Source: Candidatus Thermosaccharophagus gerlachensis (lineage in GTDB: Bacteria; Armatimonadota; Fervidibacteria; Fervidibacterales; Thermosaccharophagaceae). Taken from it: a DNA stretch of 64,000 bases. The DNA lies in contig JBGOEV010000001.1 in NCBI GenBank assembly GCA_041538025.1, forward strand, positions 14,205-78,204. The letters are read 5' to 3'. Shown here piece by piece: positions 53,513 to 61,873 of the stretch. The notes under the pieces are model-generated. The model was not told where the DNA came from and ran no database searches. It was given only the letters and a program-made list of their open reading frames with translations. Position 1 is the first letter of the stretch. The number at the start of each line of letters is the position of its first letter. A program made the translations under genes and the position numbers.

Positions 53513-54571
53513 TTAGGGGTAACGGGGAGGCACTTTGCATGGTAGCAGCCAGCGTTTCCTCTTGATGAACGGTCCACCGTGGAATGTCTGTTCAATCCTT
53601 CCGGTCCTTTCCAAATGGTCAAAACAGCTCCTCATGCATCCCCTTGATGCACAAATACCGTAACTCCCACCAACTCCCCACCTTGCTATTTGCGAATGCC
53701 CTTCAACAATGAAGCCAGATTCATCCTGCTTCGTCTTTCTCCATCTGCCTGTTGAGAGTGTCCAGCAAAGCTTGTATGCTGCTTCTTCGCTTAACCGCTG
53801 CTTGCGAACATCAAACTCCAACCCGGGAAAGCTCTTATGTAAGAATGGCGAAACTCTTGGGTCAGCACCATGATAGCTGAGGGTGCATTTCCCAAAATCA
53901 ACATCTGCCCACTCGTAAATGTATTCACCAATTTTGACGCTAACCACTTTTCCTTCGCGCACATGTGGTATGGCATTGCATGGGCATCCATGCACGCATG
54001 CCATACACCTATCGCATATGCTTCCCGGCTCAACAAGCTCATCTGGCTCAAGTTCAAGGTCGGTTAAAATGGCAGCCAACCTTTGGCGTGGACCAAACTT
54101 CTTTGTCAGCAAAACTTTTGACCAACCTATTTCGCCGATCCCTGCAGCAACAGCTGCCAACCTTATAGCAAGATGCACATCTGGTGGCGGTGCGCCATCT
54201 CTTAATGGCTCATTTGGCGGTTGAGCTTCTGGAACACCAGGGTAGTATGGCACGGCTTCCCAACCGTGGTCTTCAATGAAGCAAGCTATCTCGTAGACGC
54301 CGAGTGGCAAAAAGAGTGTGTTGAGCAGCCCATGATAACCAAAGTAAGTGTAGCTGAGCCAATGTGTTCCTTCTTCAATTCCTCTCCAACAACCTCGCAC
54401 TATTCGCCTCGCAACAACTATCACAGAACGCGTTTCTGGGAATATGCTTGCAGGGTGCATCTCTTTCGGTGCATTCTCAAATCGCTCAATGTTAGCTACA
54501 CCAAGCAGGTCAATACCATAGGAGCAAGCGAGCTCGCGGAGCTTTTCCTTTGTCAATGTTTTCCTTTTCAC
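53513..54571 (-). CDS. QueG/RdhA-superfamily Fe-S protein (epoxyqueuosine-reductase-like), paralog A
   Basis: Three blocks parallel QueG in the same order: IDLLGVANIERF...RSVIVVARRI, then RLAAVAAGIGEIGWSKVLLTKKFGPRQRLAAILTDLELEPD, then CDRCMACVHGCPCNAI. The second cluster region is non-canonical (ICASRGCMRSC). Confidence 0.65.
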   Translation of the reverse strand: MKRKTLTKEKLRELACSYGIDLLGVANIERFENAPKEMHPASIFPETRSVIVVARRIVRGCWRGIEEGTHWLSYTYFGYHGLLNTLFLPLGVYEIACFIEDHGWEAVPYYPGVPEAQPPNEPLRDGAPPPDVHLAIRLAAVAAGIGEIGWSKVLLTKKFGPRQRLAAILTDLELEPDELVEPGSICDRCMACVHGCPCNAIPHVREGKVVSVKIGEYIYEWADVDFGKCTLSYHGADPRVSPFLHKSFPGLEFDVRKQRLSEEAAYKLCWTLSTGRWRKTKQDESGFIVEGHSQIARWGVGGSYGICASRGCMRSCFDHLERTGRIEQTFHGGPFIKRKRWLLPCKVPPRYP

Positions 54572-54582
54572 TCTTCGTCCCC

Positions 54583-55449
54583 CTAAAGCAATTTGATTTG
54601 ACCGCAGAGGTCAATTTGCCATGGTGGGCGTTTGCGGAAGGGACTGTTGAAGGTGGAGAGGATGCGTCTTTCAAGCTCAAGGTGGTTAACACAGCTCCTT
54701 ATGCAAATGGCACCAAGACGATCTGGCAACCCTGCATCATGGTATGAGTTTGGGAAAGAACCATTCCTACAGCGCTTGCATAGCTCATAATCAATGTCTG
54801 CCACAACCATCCTCTTCCCACAGATTACTATTGTCCTACTTGCATCAGCTCTCAAAGCGCCTAATGGACAGCTCTTAACACATTCCATGCACATGTCACA
54901 AAGCGTTTCTTCACTTATTGGAGTTGGCTCAAGCTCTGCATCGGTCAATATAAGTTGCAATCGTTGTCGTGGTCCGAACTCTCGCGTTAGCAACTCGCCA
55001 CAGTAACCTATCTCACCAAGCCCAGCTCTAACCGCTGCATCCTTTGCATCGATTATGACATTCGGCGCTGGTAAACCACGCCTGACAGGGATTCCCGAGG
55101 GCGGTATCTGGGGAGGCAAATCTTGCAATGGCACTGCCTCAAAACCTTTATCCTCAATGAAAGTCGCGATTGTGATAGTAGCGATAGCGAGTATGCGGTC
55201 AATGAGCCAAGAACGCCCGTAAAGCTCATAAGAGGTGAAATGCGTTCCTTCCTCAATCCCACGCAGAGCACCTCTCGGTATGCGTTTACCTATAACCAGA
55301 ACTGAACGAACCTCAGGGAAAATTGATGCAGGGTGATGTTCCTTTGGCACATCATCAAACCTTTCAATAGGCGCAATACCAAGTAAGTCAACCCTGTTCT
55401 TTGTAGCGAAAGCCTTGAGCTCTGATGTAAGCTCTTTCATCATGTTCAC
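54583..55449 (-). CDS. QueG/RdhA-superfamily Fe-S protein (epoxyqueuosine-reductase-like), paralog B
   Basis: It shows the same blocks: VDLLGIAPIERF...RSVLVIGKRI, AAVRAGLGEIGYCGELLTREFGPRQRLQLILTDAELEP and CDMCMECVKSCPLGAL. It is clearly paralogous to 53513-54571. Confidence 0.65.
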   Translation of the reverse strand: MNMMKELTSELKAFATKNRVDLLGIAPIERFDDVPKEHHPASIFPEVRSVLVIGKRIPRGALRGIEEGTHFTSYELYGRSWLIDRILAIATITIATFIEDKGFEAVPLQDLPPQIPPSGIPVRRGLPAPNVIIDAKDAAVRAGLGEIGYCGELLTREFGPRQRLQLILTDAELEPTPISEETLCDMCMECVKSCPLGALRADASRTIVICGKRMVVADIDYELCKRCRNGSFPNSYHDAGLPDRLGAICIRSCVNHLELERRILSTFNSPFRKRPPWQIDLCGQIKLL

Positions 55450-55473
55450 CTCTACTGAAGCAGTCCATAGGGG

Positions 55474-56484
55474 CTAACCCATGCAGAAGTTCAAAACGCG
55501 GTTGTCAGAGTTACTCATTGCCCTTCTAAACGATGTAGCCTTCGCTGCTATGACTGGGCATGAAACTTGTCCGATAACCCTTTCGGCAACGCTTCCCCAA
55601 AGGAAGCGTATGAGACCTGTGCGCCCGTGCGTGCTCATCACAATCATGTCAATCCCTTCTCGTTCAACGAAGAGCGAAATGCCATCAGCTGCGTGGTGGC
55701 ATCGTATGACATGCATCGGTATTTCATAACCGTCGCCCATAAATTCGCTCACCCATTGCTTCAGTCCGTTTGAGATCATCTTCTCAAGCTCCTGTAACGC
55801 TTCCCTCTCCCCGACTGATTCAAGTAGCTCTATGACATGAAGCAAGTGGACTTGTGCGTTGAATGGTTTCGCGATTCTGAGCGCATAATCAATGGCTGCT
55901 CTTGTAGCAGCCGAAAAGTCGGTTGGCACAAGTATATGTTTGCATTTCACATCGCTACCTGTTGGTGCTCTTGATGGGACTGCCATTACAGGCACTTGTG
56001 CACCCTGTATAACGCGAGCCACAGTTGAGCCCAAGAGGTGTTCTTTCAAACTGCGCATCCCATGAGAGCCGAGAACAATTAAGTCGGCGTGAATGAGCTC
56101 AACATACTCAAGTATCTGTGCGGGTGGTGAACCAAGCAGCAATGCCCCTTCAACTTTGAAACCCGAGGAGCGTATTTGTTCAACGCGCTTATTTATTTGC
56201 TCGGTGCGTGTGCTTATATGGGCTTTTTGTATTGCGGTTAATGTGTGTGAAAGCTCACCGTCAGTCCATTCATCAAAACCTCTTTCCTCGTAGTATTTGA
56301 CCCAGTCTGGCACTACATGAACAGCCGTTATCGTTGCCTCAAAATTTCTCGCCAACAAAAGTGCCCACTCAAGTGCCCTCTCAGCTGCATCCGAGAAGTC
56401 CGTAGCCCATAGAATATGGCTTATCAAAATGCTTACACCCCCACCTTTGCCCCATAGGTGATCGAGCTTTGAAGTTTGTTTCAC
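55474..56484 (-). CDS. Tandem universal stress protein (two UspA domains)
   Basis: Two copies of the USP pattern are present: ILWATDFSDAAERAL...DLIVLGSHG...GSTVARVIQGAQVPVMAV and ILVPTDFSAATRAAI...DMIVMSTHGRTG...GSVAERVIGQVSCPVIA. Confidence 0.88.
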   Translation of the reverse strand: MKQTSKLDHLWGKGGGVSILISHILWATDFSDAAERALEWALLLARNFEATITAVHVVPDWVKYYEERGFDEWTDGELSHTLTAIQKAHISTRTEQINKRVEQIRSSGFKVEGALLLGSPPAQILEYVELIHADLIVLGSHGMRSLKEHLLGSTVARVIQGAQVPVMAVPSRAPTGSDVKCKHILVPTDFSAATRAAIDYALRIAKPFNAQVHLLHVIELLESVGEREALQELEKMISNGLKQWVSEFMGDGYEIPMHVIRCHHAADGISLFVEREGIDMIVMSTHGRTGLIRFLWGSVAERVIGQVSCPVIAAKATSFRRAMSNSDNRVLNFCMG

Positions 56485-56499
56485 TCATATCAAACTGCA

Positions 56500-57456
56500 T
56501 CATGCTGGTGTGTCCTCGGTTTGCTCTTTTGTTTCAAGTTCGCCACAAAGCCAGAGCAACTTTTCCCACATCTTATCCACTTCCTGCTGTATCTCATCAA
56601 TGATGTGTTCATTCTGCGGTTCAAAGAGGTGACGGAAGCGGGCTTGTTTTTCAAGCCACAACCTTATGGGTAGCTTCTCCTTAGGGCGATATGTTAGACG
56701 ATACTTTCCGTAAACGACTTCATACAGTGGCCAGAAACATGTTTCAGTAGCAAGCCTTGATAGCTCAATCGCTTCTTCAGGTTCATGTCCATGCCCCAAG
56801 TTGCAATCGCTGTATACAACGAGCACTGCTGGACCTTCGGTAGTTATTGCCTTTTCAGCCTTTGTCGTTAAGTCTCTCCAGTAAGCTGGATTAGCCTGCG
56901 CAACATAAGGGATATTGTGTGCAACAGCTATTGCTGTCAAATCTTTTCTTGGTTGCACTTTACCCGGTATGACTTTTCCAGATGGCGTTGTGGTTGTGTA
57001 TGCTCCCCTTGGTGTTGCCCCAGAGCGCTGTATACCTGTGTTCATGTAAGCACCGTTGTCATAACACACAAAAACGAAGTCATGCCACCTCTCAAGAGCT
57101 CCTGAGAGAGCTTGCAAGCCTATATCGTATGTTCCACCATCGCCAGCAATAGCGATGAATTTAATCTCCTTGCTTATTTTCCCTTTGCGCTTCAGCACTT
57201 TGTAGGCAGCCTCAACGCCTGTAATAGTTGCTGCTGCATTCTCAAATGCGCTGTGTATCCAAGGAACATTCCACGCTGTCTCGGGGAAGATGGAAGTTGA
57301 AACTTCAACACAGCCAGTTGCGCATGCTACGACAACCGGGTATGGCGACGAGAGCAAGATTTGTCGGAGCGTCATCCCAGCACCGCATCCAGCACACAAC
57401 CTATGACCGCTCACAATGACTGGCTTTCTCTTAGCGAGTTCCCTTGCTGTTGGCAT
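56500..57456 (-). CDS. porB: Pyruvate/2-oxoacid:ferredoxin oxidoreductase beta subunit (TPP-binding)
   Basis: The motifs are GHRLCAGCGAG...AIAGDGGTYDIGLQALSGA...VCYDNGAYMNTGIQRS. Confidence 0.9.
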   Translation of the reverse strand: MPTARELAKRKPVIVSGHRLCAGCGAGMTLRQILLSSPYPVVVACATGCVEVSTSIFPETAWNVPWIHSAFENAAATITGVEAAYKVLKRKGKISKEIKFIAIAGDGGTYDIGLQALSGALERWHDFVFVCYDNGAYMNTGIQRSGATPRGAYTTTTPSGKVIPGKVQPRKDLTAIAVAHNIPYVAQANPAYWRDLTTKAEKAITTEGPAVLVVYSDCNLGHGHEPEEAIELSRLATETCFWPLYEVVYGKYRLTYRPKEKLPIRLWLEKQARFRHLFEPQNEHIIDEIQQEVDKMWEKLLWLCGELETKEQTEDTPA

Positions 57457-57484
57457 CGCTCAAATCGCCTCCTGCGTCGTCTGA

Positions 57485-58735
57485 CTATGCGAATGTTACT
57501 CCTTCTTTTGTTCTTAACCCAACCCACTGAATCGGCTCAACTGGTTCACCTCTCCCTACAGCCTCAAGTTGCTCAATGATGTTCAAAATTTGCCTTAAGG
57601 TTATGTCCCTTCCGCCCAAGCCGTAGATGTAGTTAATCACCTTTGGGTGTTTTTCAGCTTCATAGAGGGCTGCCTTTATATCTGTGAACAGCGGACCACC
57701 CTCGCCATTGAAACTTAAAGCCCTGTCCATAACACCAATGGCTTTAGCATTGCAAAGAAGTTTCCTTATAGCTGACCAAGGGAACGGTCTATACATGCGT
57801 ATTTTGAGCAAGCCAGCTTTGCTCCCGTTTGAGCGAGCTATATCAATTGCAGCTTTAACAGTCCCAGCAGCAGAGCCCATGGCGACAAGTATTATCTCAG
57901 CATCCTCAAGACGATATGCTTCAACAAACCCGTATGCGCGCCCAAAGCGCTTATAGAACTCCATGCCAACTTCAAGCACGATTGCTGGAGCTCTGTTTAT
58001 AGCTTCCCATTGCGAGCGTTTATGCTCCATGTAGTAAGGCGGAAGGTCAACAGGTCCAACGGTTATTGGGTTGTCCACATCAAGCAGTGAATAAAGCGGT
58101 TTGAACTCGCCAATAAATTCCTTCACCGCTTCATCAGGTAAAACTTCAACCGGCTCAAGTGAGTGGCTGACAACAAATCCATCAAGGCAAACCATGACTG
58201 GCAGGTATATGCTCTCGGCTATCTTAACAGCTTGTATTGTGTTATCGTAAGCCTCTTGAGCGTTTTCCGAGTATAGCTGGATCCAGCCAGAATCCCTTGC
58301 TCCCATAGCATCTGAATGGTCACAGTGTATGTTAAGGTTTGAGTTCAGAGCTCTATTTGTCACCGCCATGACAATCGGTAAGCGAAGCGAAGATGCTACA
58401 TATAACATCTCCCACATCAGCGCCAACCCTTGTGATGCAGTTGATGTCATTGCCCTCGCACCAGCAGCTGCAGCACCTATGCATGCGCTCATGGCGCTGT
58501 GTTCGCTCTCTACATGGATCATTTCGGTATCAACTAAGCCATCAGCAACGAACTCAGCAAACTTCTCAACGATCAGCGTTTGAGGAGTTATCGGGTATGC
58601 AGCAACAACATCGGGGTTTATCTGACGCATTGCCTCTGCGATTGCATCATCGCCAATCAAACCCTTAACTTGCCCTCTGATGAACTTGCCCTCGCTTTTT
58701 TCTGCCGTCACGGCTTTTCCCTCCGTTAAGAACAT
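57485..58735 (-). CDS. porA: Pyruvate/2-oxoacid:ferredoxin oxidoreductase alpha subunit
   Basis: The motifs are GDDAIAEAMRQINPDVVAAYPITPQT...ESEHSAMSACIGAAAAGARAMTSTASQGLALM. Confidence 0.9.
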   Translation of the reverse strand: MFLTEGKAVTAEKSEGKFIRGQVKGLIGDDAIAEAMRQINPDVVAAYPITPQTLIVEKFAEFVADGLVDTEMIHVESEHSAMSACIGAAAAGARAMTSTASQGLALMWEMLYVASSLRLPIVMAVTNRALNSNLNIHCDHSDAMGARDSGWIQLYSENAQEAYDNTIQAVKIAESIYLPVMVCLDGFVVSHSLEPVEVLPDEAVKEFIGEFKPLYSLLDVDNPITVGPVDLPPYYMEHKRSQWEAINRAPAIVLEVGMEFYKRFGRAYGFVEAYRLEDAEIILVAMGSAAGTVKAAIDIARSNGSKAGLLKIRMYRPFPWSAIRKLLCNAKAIGVMDRALSFNGEGGPLFTDIKAALYEAEKHPKVINYIYGLGGRDITLRQILNIIEQLEAVGRGEPVEPIQWVGLRTKEGVTFA

Positions 58736-58737
58736 GG

Positions 58738-59739
58738 TTATGTTGCCATGCTTCTCTCTGGGTGCATCGTTATCGCTTTAACCTTCGGCGGGCAAACAAC
58801 AGCACAAATACCACAACCTTTGCAATAGTCATAATTTATGCCAGCCACCTTCCCATCCTTAATCAAGATCGCATCATCGGGGCAATGGATGAAGCACATG
58901 TAGCAGTTGGTGCATTTCTCCTTATCCCACACTGGACGCTTACTGCGCCATGTCCCAGTTTTATGAGCAAGTGATGTTGCTGGTTGCGGTATTATTCCAC
59001 CAAGTGCCAATTCCTCCCATGAAGCCAATTCAGCCTTTGGGAGATGCTCCTCTATCACCTCTGGGGAGCTTATCGGTTCTTCATCAACTACAACTTCATT
59101 GTAGCCTCTTTCAACAGCTTCCAAGTTCGCCTTGAGGAGTTCAGGTCTCCTCCTTACTCTCTCAGGTAAATGCTCCTTAACGACTTCTGTGAGAGTTTCA
59201 AGTCTTACTGCGCCTGTAACTTTTGCAACTGCGCCAAGCATTGGCATATTAGGCATCGGGCGTTTTATCGTCTCAACCGATATTGCAGTTGCATCAAGCG
59301 TGGCGACCCTCTTTAAAGCTCCAAATATCGGATGAACTCTCCGAAGCTCACTTGGTGGATAGGGAACGTTTGCTATAAGTGTTGTATCGCTCCTTATGCC
59401 ATAAAGCACGCTTGGCGCCGTTAGAAGCGAATCATCAATGATCGCAATCACATCTGGAGACTCAATCCCGCTGTGTATTGTTAACGGCATCTCAGCGATC
59501 CTCGTGAAGCCTTCAACTGGAGCACCTCTTCTTTCAGGACCAAATTGTGGGAATGCTTGTATCCACTTCCCATCAGCAAGAGCTGCGTGTCCAAGCAACA
59601 ACGCAACAGTCCTTATTCCTTGCCCAGCCCTGCCATGCCAACGAACTTCAAGCGCTTTTAAACTGCTCACACCTCCCTCTAAAACCTTAACAACGCCGTC
59701 CTCACCAAACTCAACTTTTAGCTCCTCATTTGCTCCCAT
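58738..59739 (-). CDS. Fused gamma-delta subunit of pyruvate/2-oxoacid:ferredoxin oxidoreductase
   Basis: The N-terminal gamma domain carries RWHGRAGQGIRTVALLLGHAA...GPERRGAPV. The C-terminal delta domain has two ferredoxin motifs, CTNCYMCFIHCP and CKGCGICAVVCP. Confidence 0.88.
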   Translation of the reverse strand: MGANEELKVEFGEDGVVKVLEGGVSSLKALEVRWHGRAGQGIRTVALLLGHAALADGKWIQAFPQFGPERRGAPVEGFTRIAEMPLTIHSGIESPDVIAIIDDSLLTAPSVLYGIRSDTTLIANVPYPPSELRRVHPIFGALKRVATLDATAISVETIKRPMPNMPMLGAVAKVTGAVRLETLTEVVKEHLPERVRRRPELLKANLEAVERGYNEVVVDEEPISSPEVIEEHLPKAELASWEELALGGIIPQPATSLAHKTGTWRSKRPVWDKEKCTNCYMCFIHCPDDAILIKDGKVAGINYDYCKGCGICAVVCPPKVKAITMHPERSMAT

Positions 59740-59809
59740 TCTTTTCTCCCTCCTACGAGAATGCCGAAAGTTGCTCCTTTGTTTTGAATATGCAACATCG
59801 TTGCCTTCC

Positions 59810-61069
59810 TCATTTGCTCATTGCAAGCCACGCTGACACAAATGCACTCCCTCTTGGTCGGAAACGCAGCCTGAGCCTTGTTATTTGGTCTACGATATGG
59901 CTGTGCCACAAAGAATTCGCCTTTACATCCATTTCGCTTAACTCATGCCAACTATCATCACCGGCGACATCCGCTTCAACCGTGACTACACCATCAGTGC
60001 TGCTCCACAACCATATCGTCTTTTGGGAGAACGCGAGTGTGTATATAGCGGATGTGACTGCTCCATTTGGTTCAACGAGTCGTTTTTGCCAAAGCGAGTA
60101 AACGAGTGCCCTCTCCCTGCTTGGTTCAAGCTCCTCCTCATTAATCTTTGCCAAGCATATCCTGTGTGTTGCATCAGCAGATGCCCCCATAACCTCACTG
60201 TAGTAGAGTAAGCCTTTGCCCTTAACAAGCCATGGGTGAACAACACTCATGTCTTGTTTTACGGCTGTTTGTGTTAAGCCAGCCAAAGGGTTGCGTGGCG
60301 AGCGTGCCCATGCTATGCCATCTGGTGAGTATGCTATGCCTATGCTATAACGCCCTTGTCTCCCTATGCCCTCGTAAAGCATTACTATGTGGTCGCCATG
60401 AATGAACGCATGATGCGCTTCTATCCCGGCGTCCCAGAAGGTGCATTGTGTGTCTTCATGCCAACCACGCTGTGTGAAGACAGGGTTCTCCTCAAACTTA
60501 GCCCAGTTCCTACCATCACCAGATATTGCCCCGCCAATTTGCATTGAACGCTCACCGTAACCACCATAGAGCATGAGAAATTCACGTCTCATCTTGATCA
60601 CAGATGGGAAGGCGACACCGTTTTCGTCCCAACATTCCTTCTCTCCAACATCAACCACCGGATTGGAATCCAGTTTGTGCCATTCTTTCTTGTCCTTTGA
60701 TATCGCTAACCCTATGCGTAACTTCCTATCAGCTCCAAACCCTGAGTAGTAAAGCCAATACTCATCACCAACCATCAAAAGAGAACCAACCTCAAAGCCG
60801 AGTTCATCAAACGAGCCCTCTGTCGGGATAAGCACAGGGTTATCAGGATGCTTCTCCCAATGTATACCGTCTTCGCTTACTGCCAACCCGAACATTCTGG
60901 GTGAACCATCGCCAAACAAGCCACTCCCCTTTTCCCAACCCTGATACAGCATGAAATAAACATCGTCCTCACACCAAACGATTGGCGCAGCAACTCCCTT
61001 AGCATCCCAACTACCCTTGGTTGGTTGAAGCACAACGCCGACTCTCTCACATAGCACCATTTCCATCAC
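59810..61069 (-). CDS. Five-bladed beta-propeller glycosidase-like protein (GH130/GH43-clan-like) with a C-terminal extension
   Basis: Blade motifs recur: LAVSEDGIHWEKHPDNPVL, LAISKDKKEWHKLDSNPVV, GAISGDGRNWAKFEENPVF and IAYSPDGIAWARSPRNPL. About 110 C-terminal residues contain no motif I recognise. Confidence 0.5.
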   Translation of the reverse strand: MMEMVLCERVGVVLQPTKGSWDAKGVAAPIVWCEDDVYFMLYQGWEKGSGLFGDGSPRMFGLAVSEDGIHWEKHPDNPVLIPTEGSFDELGFEVGSLLMVGDEYWLYYSGFGADRKLRIGLAISKDKKEWHKLDSNPVVDVGEKECWDENGVAFPSVIKMRREFLMLYGGYGERSMQIGGAISGDGRNWAKFEENPVFTQRGWHEDTQCTFWDAGIEAHHAFIHGDHIVMLYEGIGRQGRYSIGIAYSPDGIAWARSPRNPLAGLTQTAVKQDMSVVHPWLVKGKGLLYYSEVMGASADATHRICLAKINEEELEPSRERALVYSLWQKRLVEPNGAVTSAIYTLAFSQKTIWLWSSTDGVVTVEADVAGDDSWHELSEMDVKANSLWHSHIVDQITRLRLRFRPRGSAFVSAWLAMSK

Positions 61070-61217
61070 CTTCCAAGTGAGCCTTAAGCAAACATTGTTC
61101 CGCTACGCATTCCCAAGACTTCATGATGCCACTTAGCTTAGCATTTTTTCTGCTACACTTACTATGTGGAGGTGTCTAAAGTTTTGGCAAACTGTTCGCT
61201 GTCGGGGTGTGATAAAA

Positions 61218-61853
61218 ATGGAAGAGGTCAAAATGTTAGTATCGCAGGCAACGCAACTGCTGAGGTCTGGGAAGGCAAATGAAGCATTGGAGCTTTTGCA
61301 AAGGGCTGTCCATTTAGCTCCTCATAGCTTTGTCGTCCATCATGCGCTTGGTGTTGCTCTTGCCAAGTGCGGTCGCTTAGAAGATGCTCTCATACACCTC
61401 CGTCAAGCAATTCAAATGAACCCGCGCTCTCCACAAGTTCACTTCAACTTGGGCAGGGTCTACCAGAAGAAGGGAGAGCTTAAAGCTGCACTGGATGAGT
61501 TCGGTGAGGCTGTGCGCCTTAATCCGCAGTATAGGGCAGCTTTGAAGGCGCTTGAGGAAGTCCAACAGCAGATAAGCCAGCAAGCGAGTGAGGAAGCACT
61601 TGTGATTGAAACCGAACCACTTGAGGTCATAGAAGAAAGCTTTGAGCACTTGAGATGCCACTGGCATCCAGACAAAATCGCGACATCAAGATGCCCATCG
61701 TGTAAGCGATGGGTGTGCATTGACTGTGAGCGATTTGTCTATGGGACAACGATGTGTTTTGAGTGCGCAGAAAAAGAGTGGGCGAAAACAACGGGAAGGG
61801 AAGAGGAGAAGAAAACAGAGGACAAGGAAACATTCCTCGAGCTTGAGCCTTAG
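61218..61853 (+). CDS. TPR protein with a C-terminal B-box/zinc-ribbon-like Cys-His cluster
   Basis: The TPR helices include ANEALELLQRAVHLAPHSFVVHHALGVAL, LEDALIHLRQAIQMNPRSPQVHFNLGRVY and LKAALDEFGEAVRLNPQY. These are followed by CHWHPDKIATSRCPSCKRWVCIDCERFVYGTTMCFECA. Confidence 0.7.
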   Translation: MEEVKMLVSQATQLLRSGKANEALELLQRAVHLAPHSFVVHHALGVALAKCGRLEDALIHLRQAIQMNPRSPQVHFNLGRVYQKKGELKAALDEFGEAVRLNPQYRAALKALEEVQQQISQQASEEALVIETEPLEVIEESFEHLRCHWHPDKIATSRCPSCKRWVCIDCERFVYGTTMCFECAEKEWAKTTGREEEKKTEDKETFLELEP

Positions 61854-61873
61854 ATCAACACAGGCTTCTTTCT

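Noticed and set aside
53791-55305. Multiple short ORFs on both strands within the two QueG/RdhA-like genes.
   Set aside because: All lie inside, or antisense to, the well-supported paralog pair, and none carries a motif.
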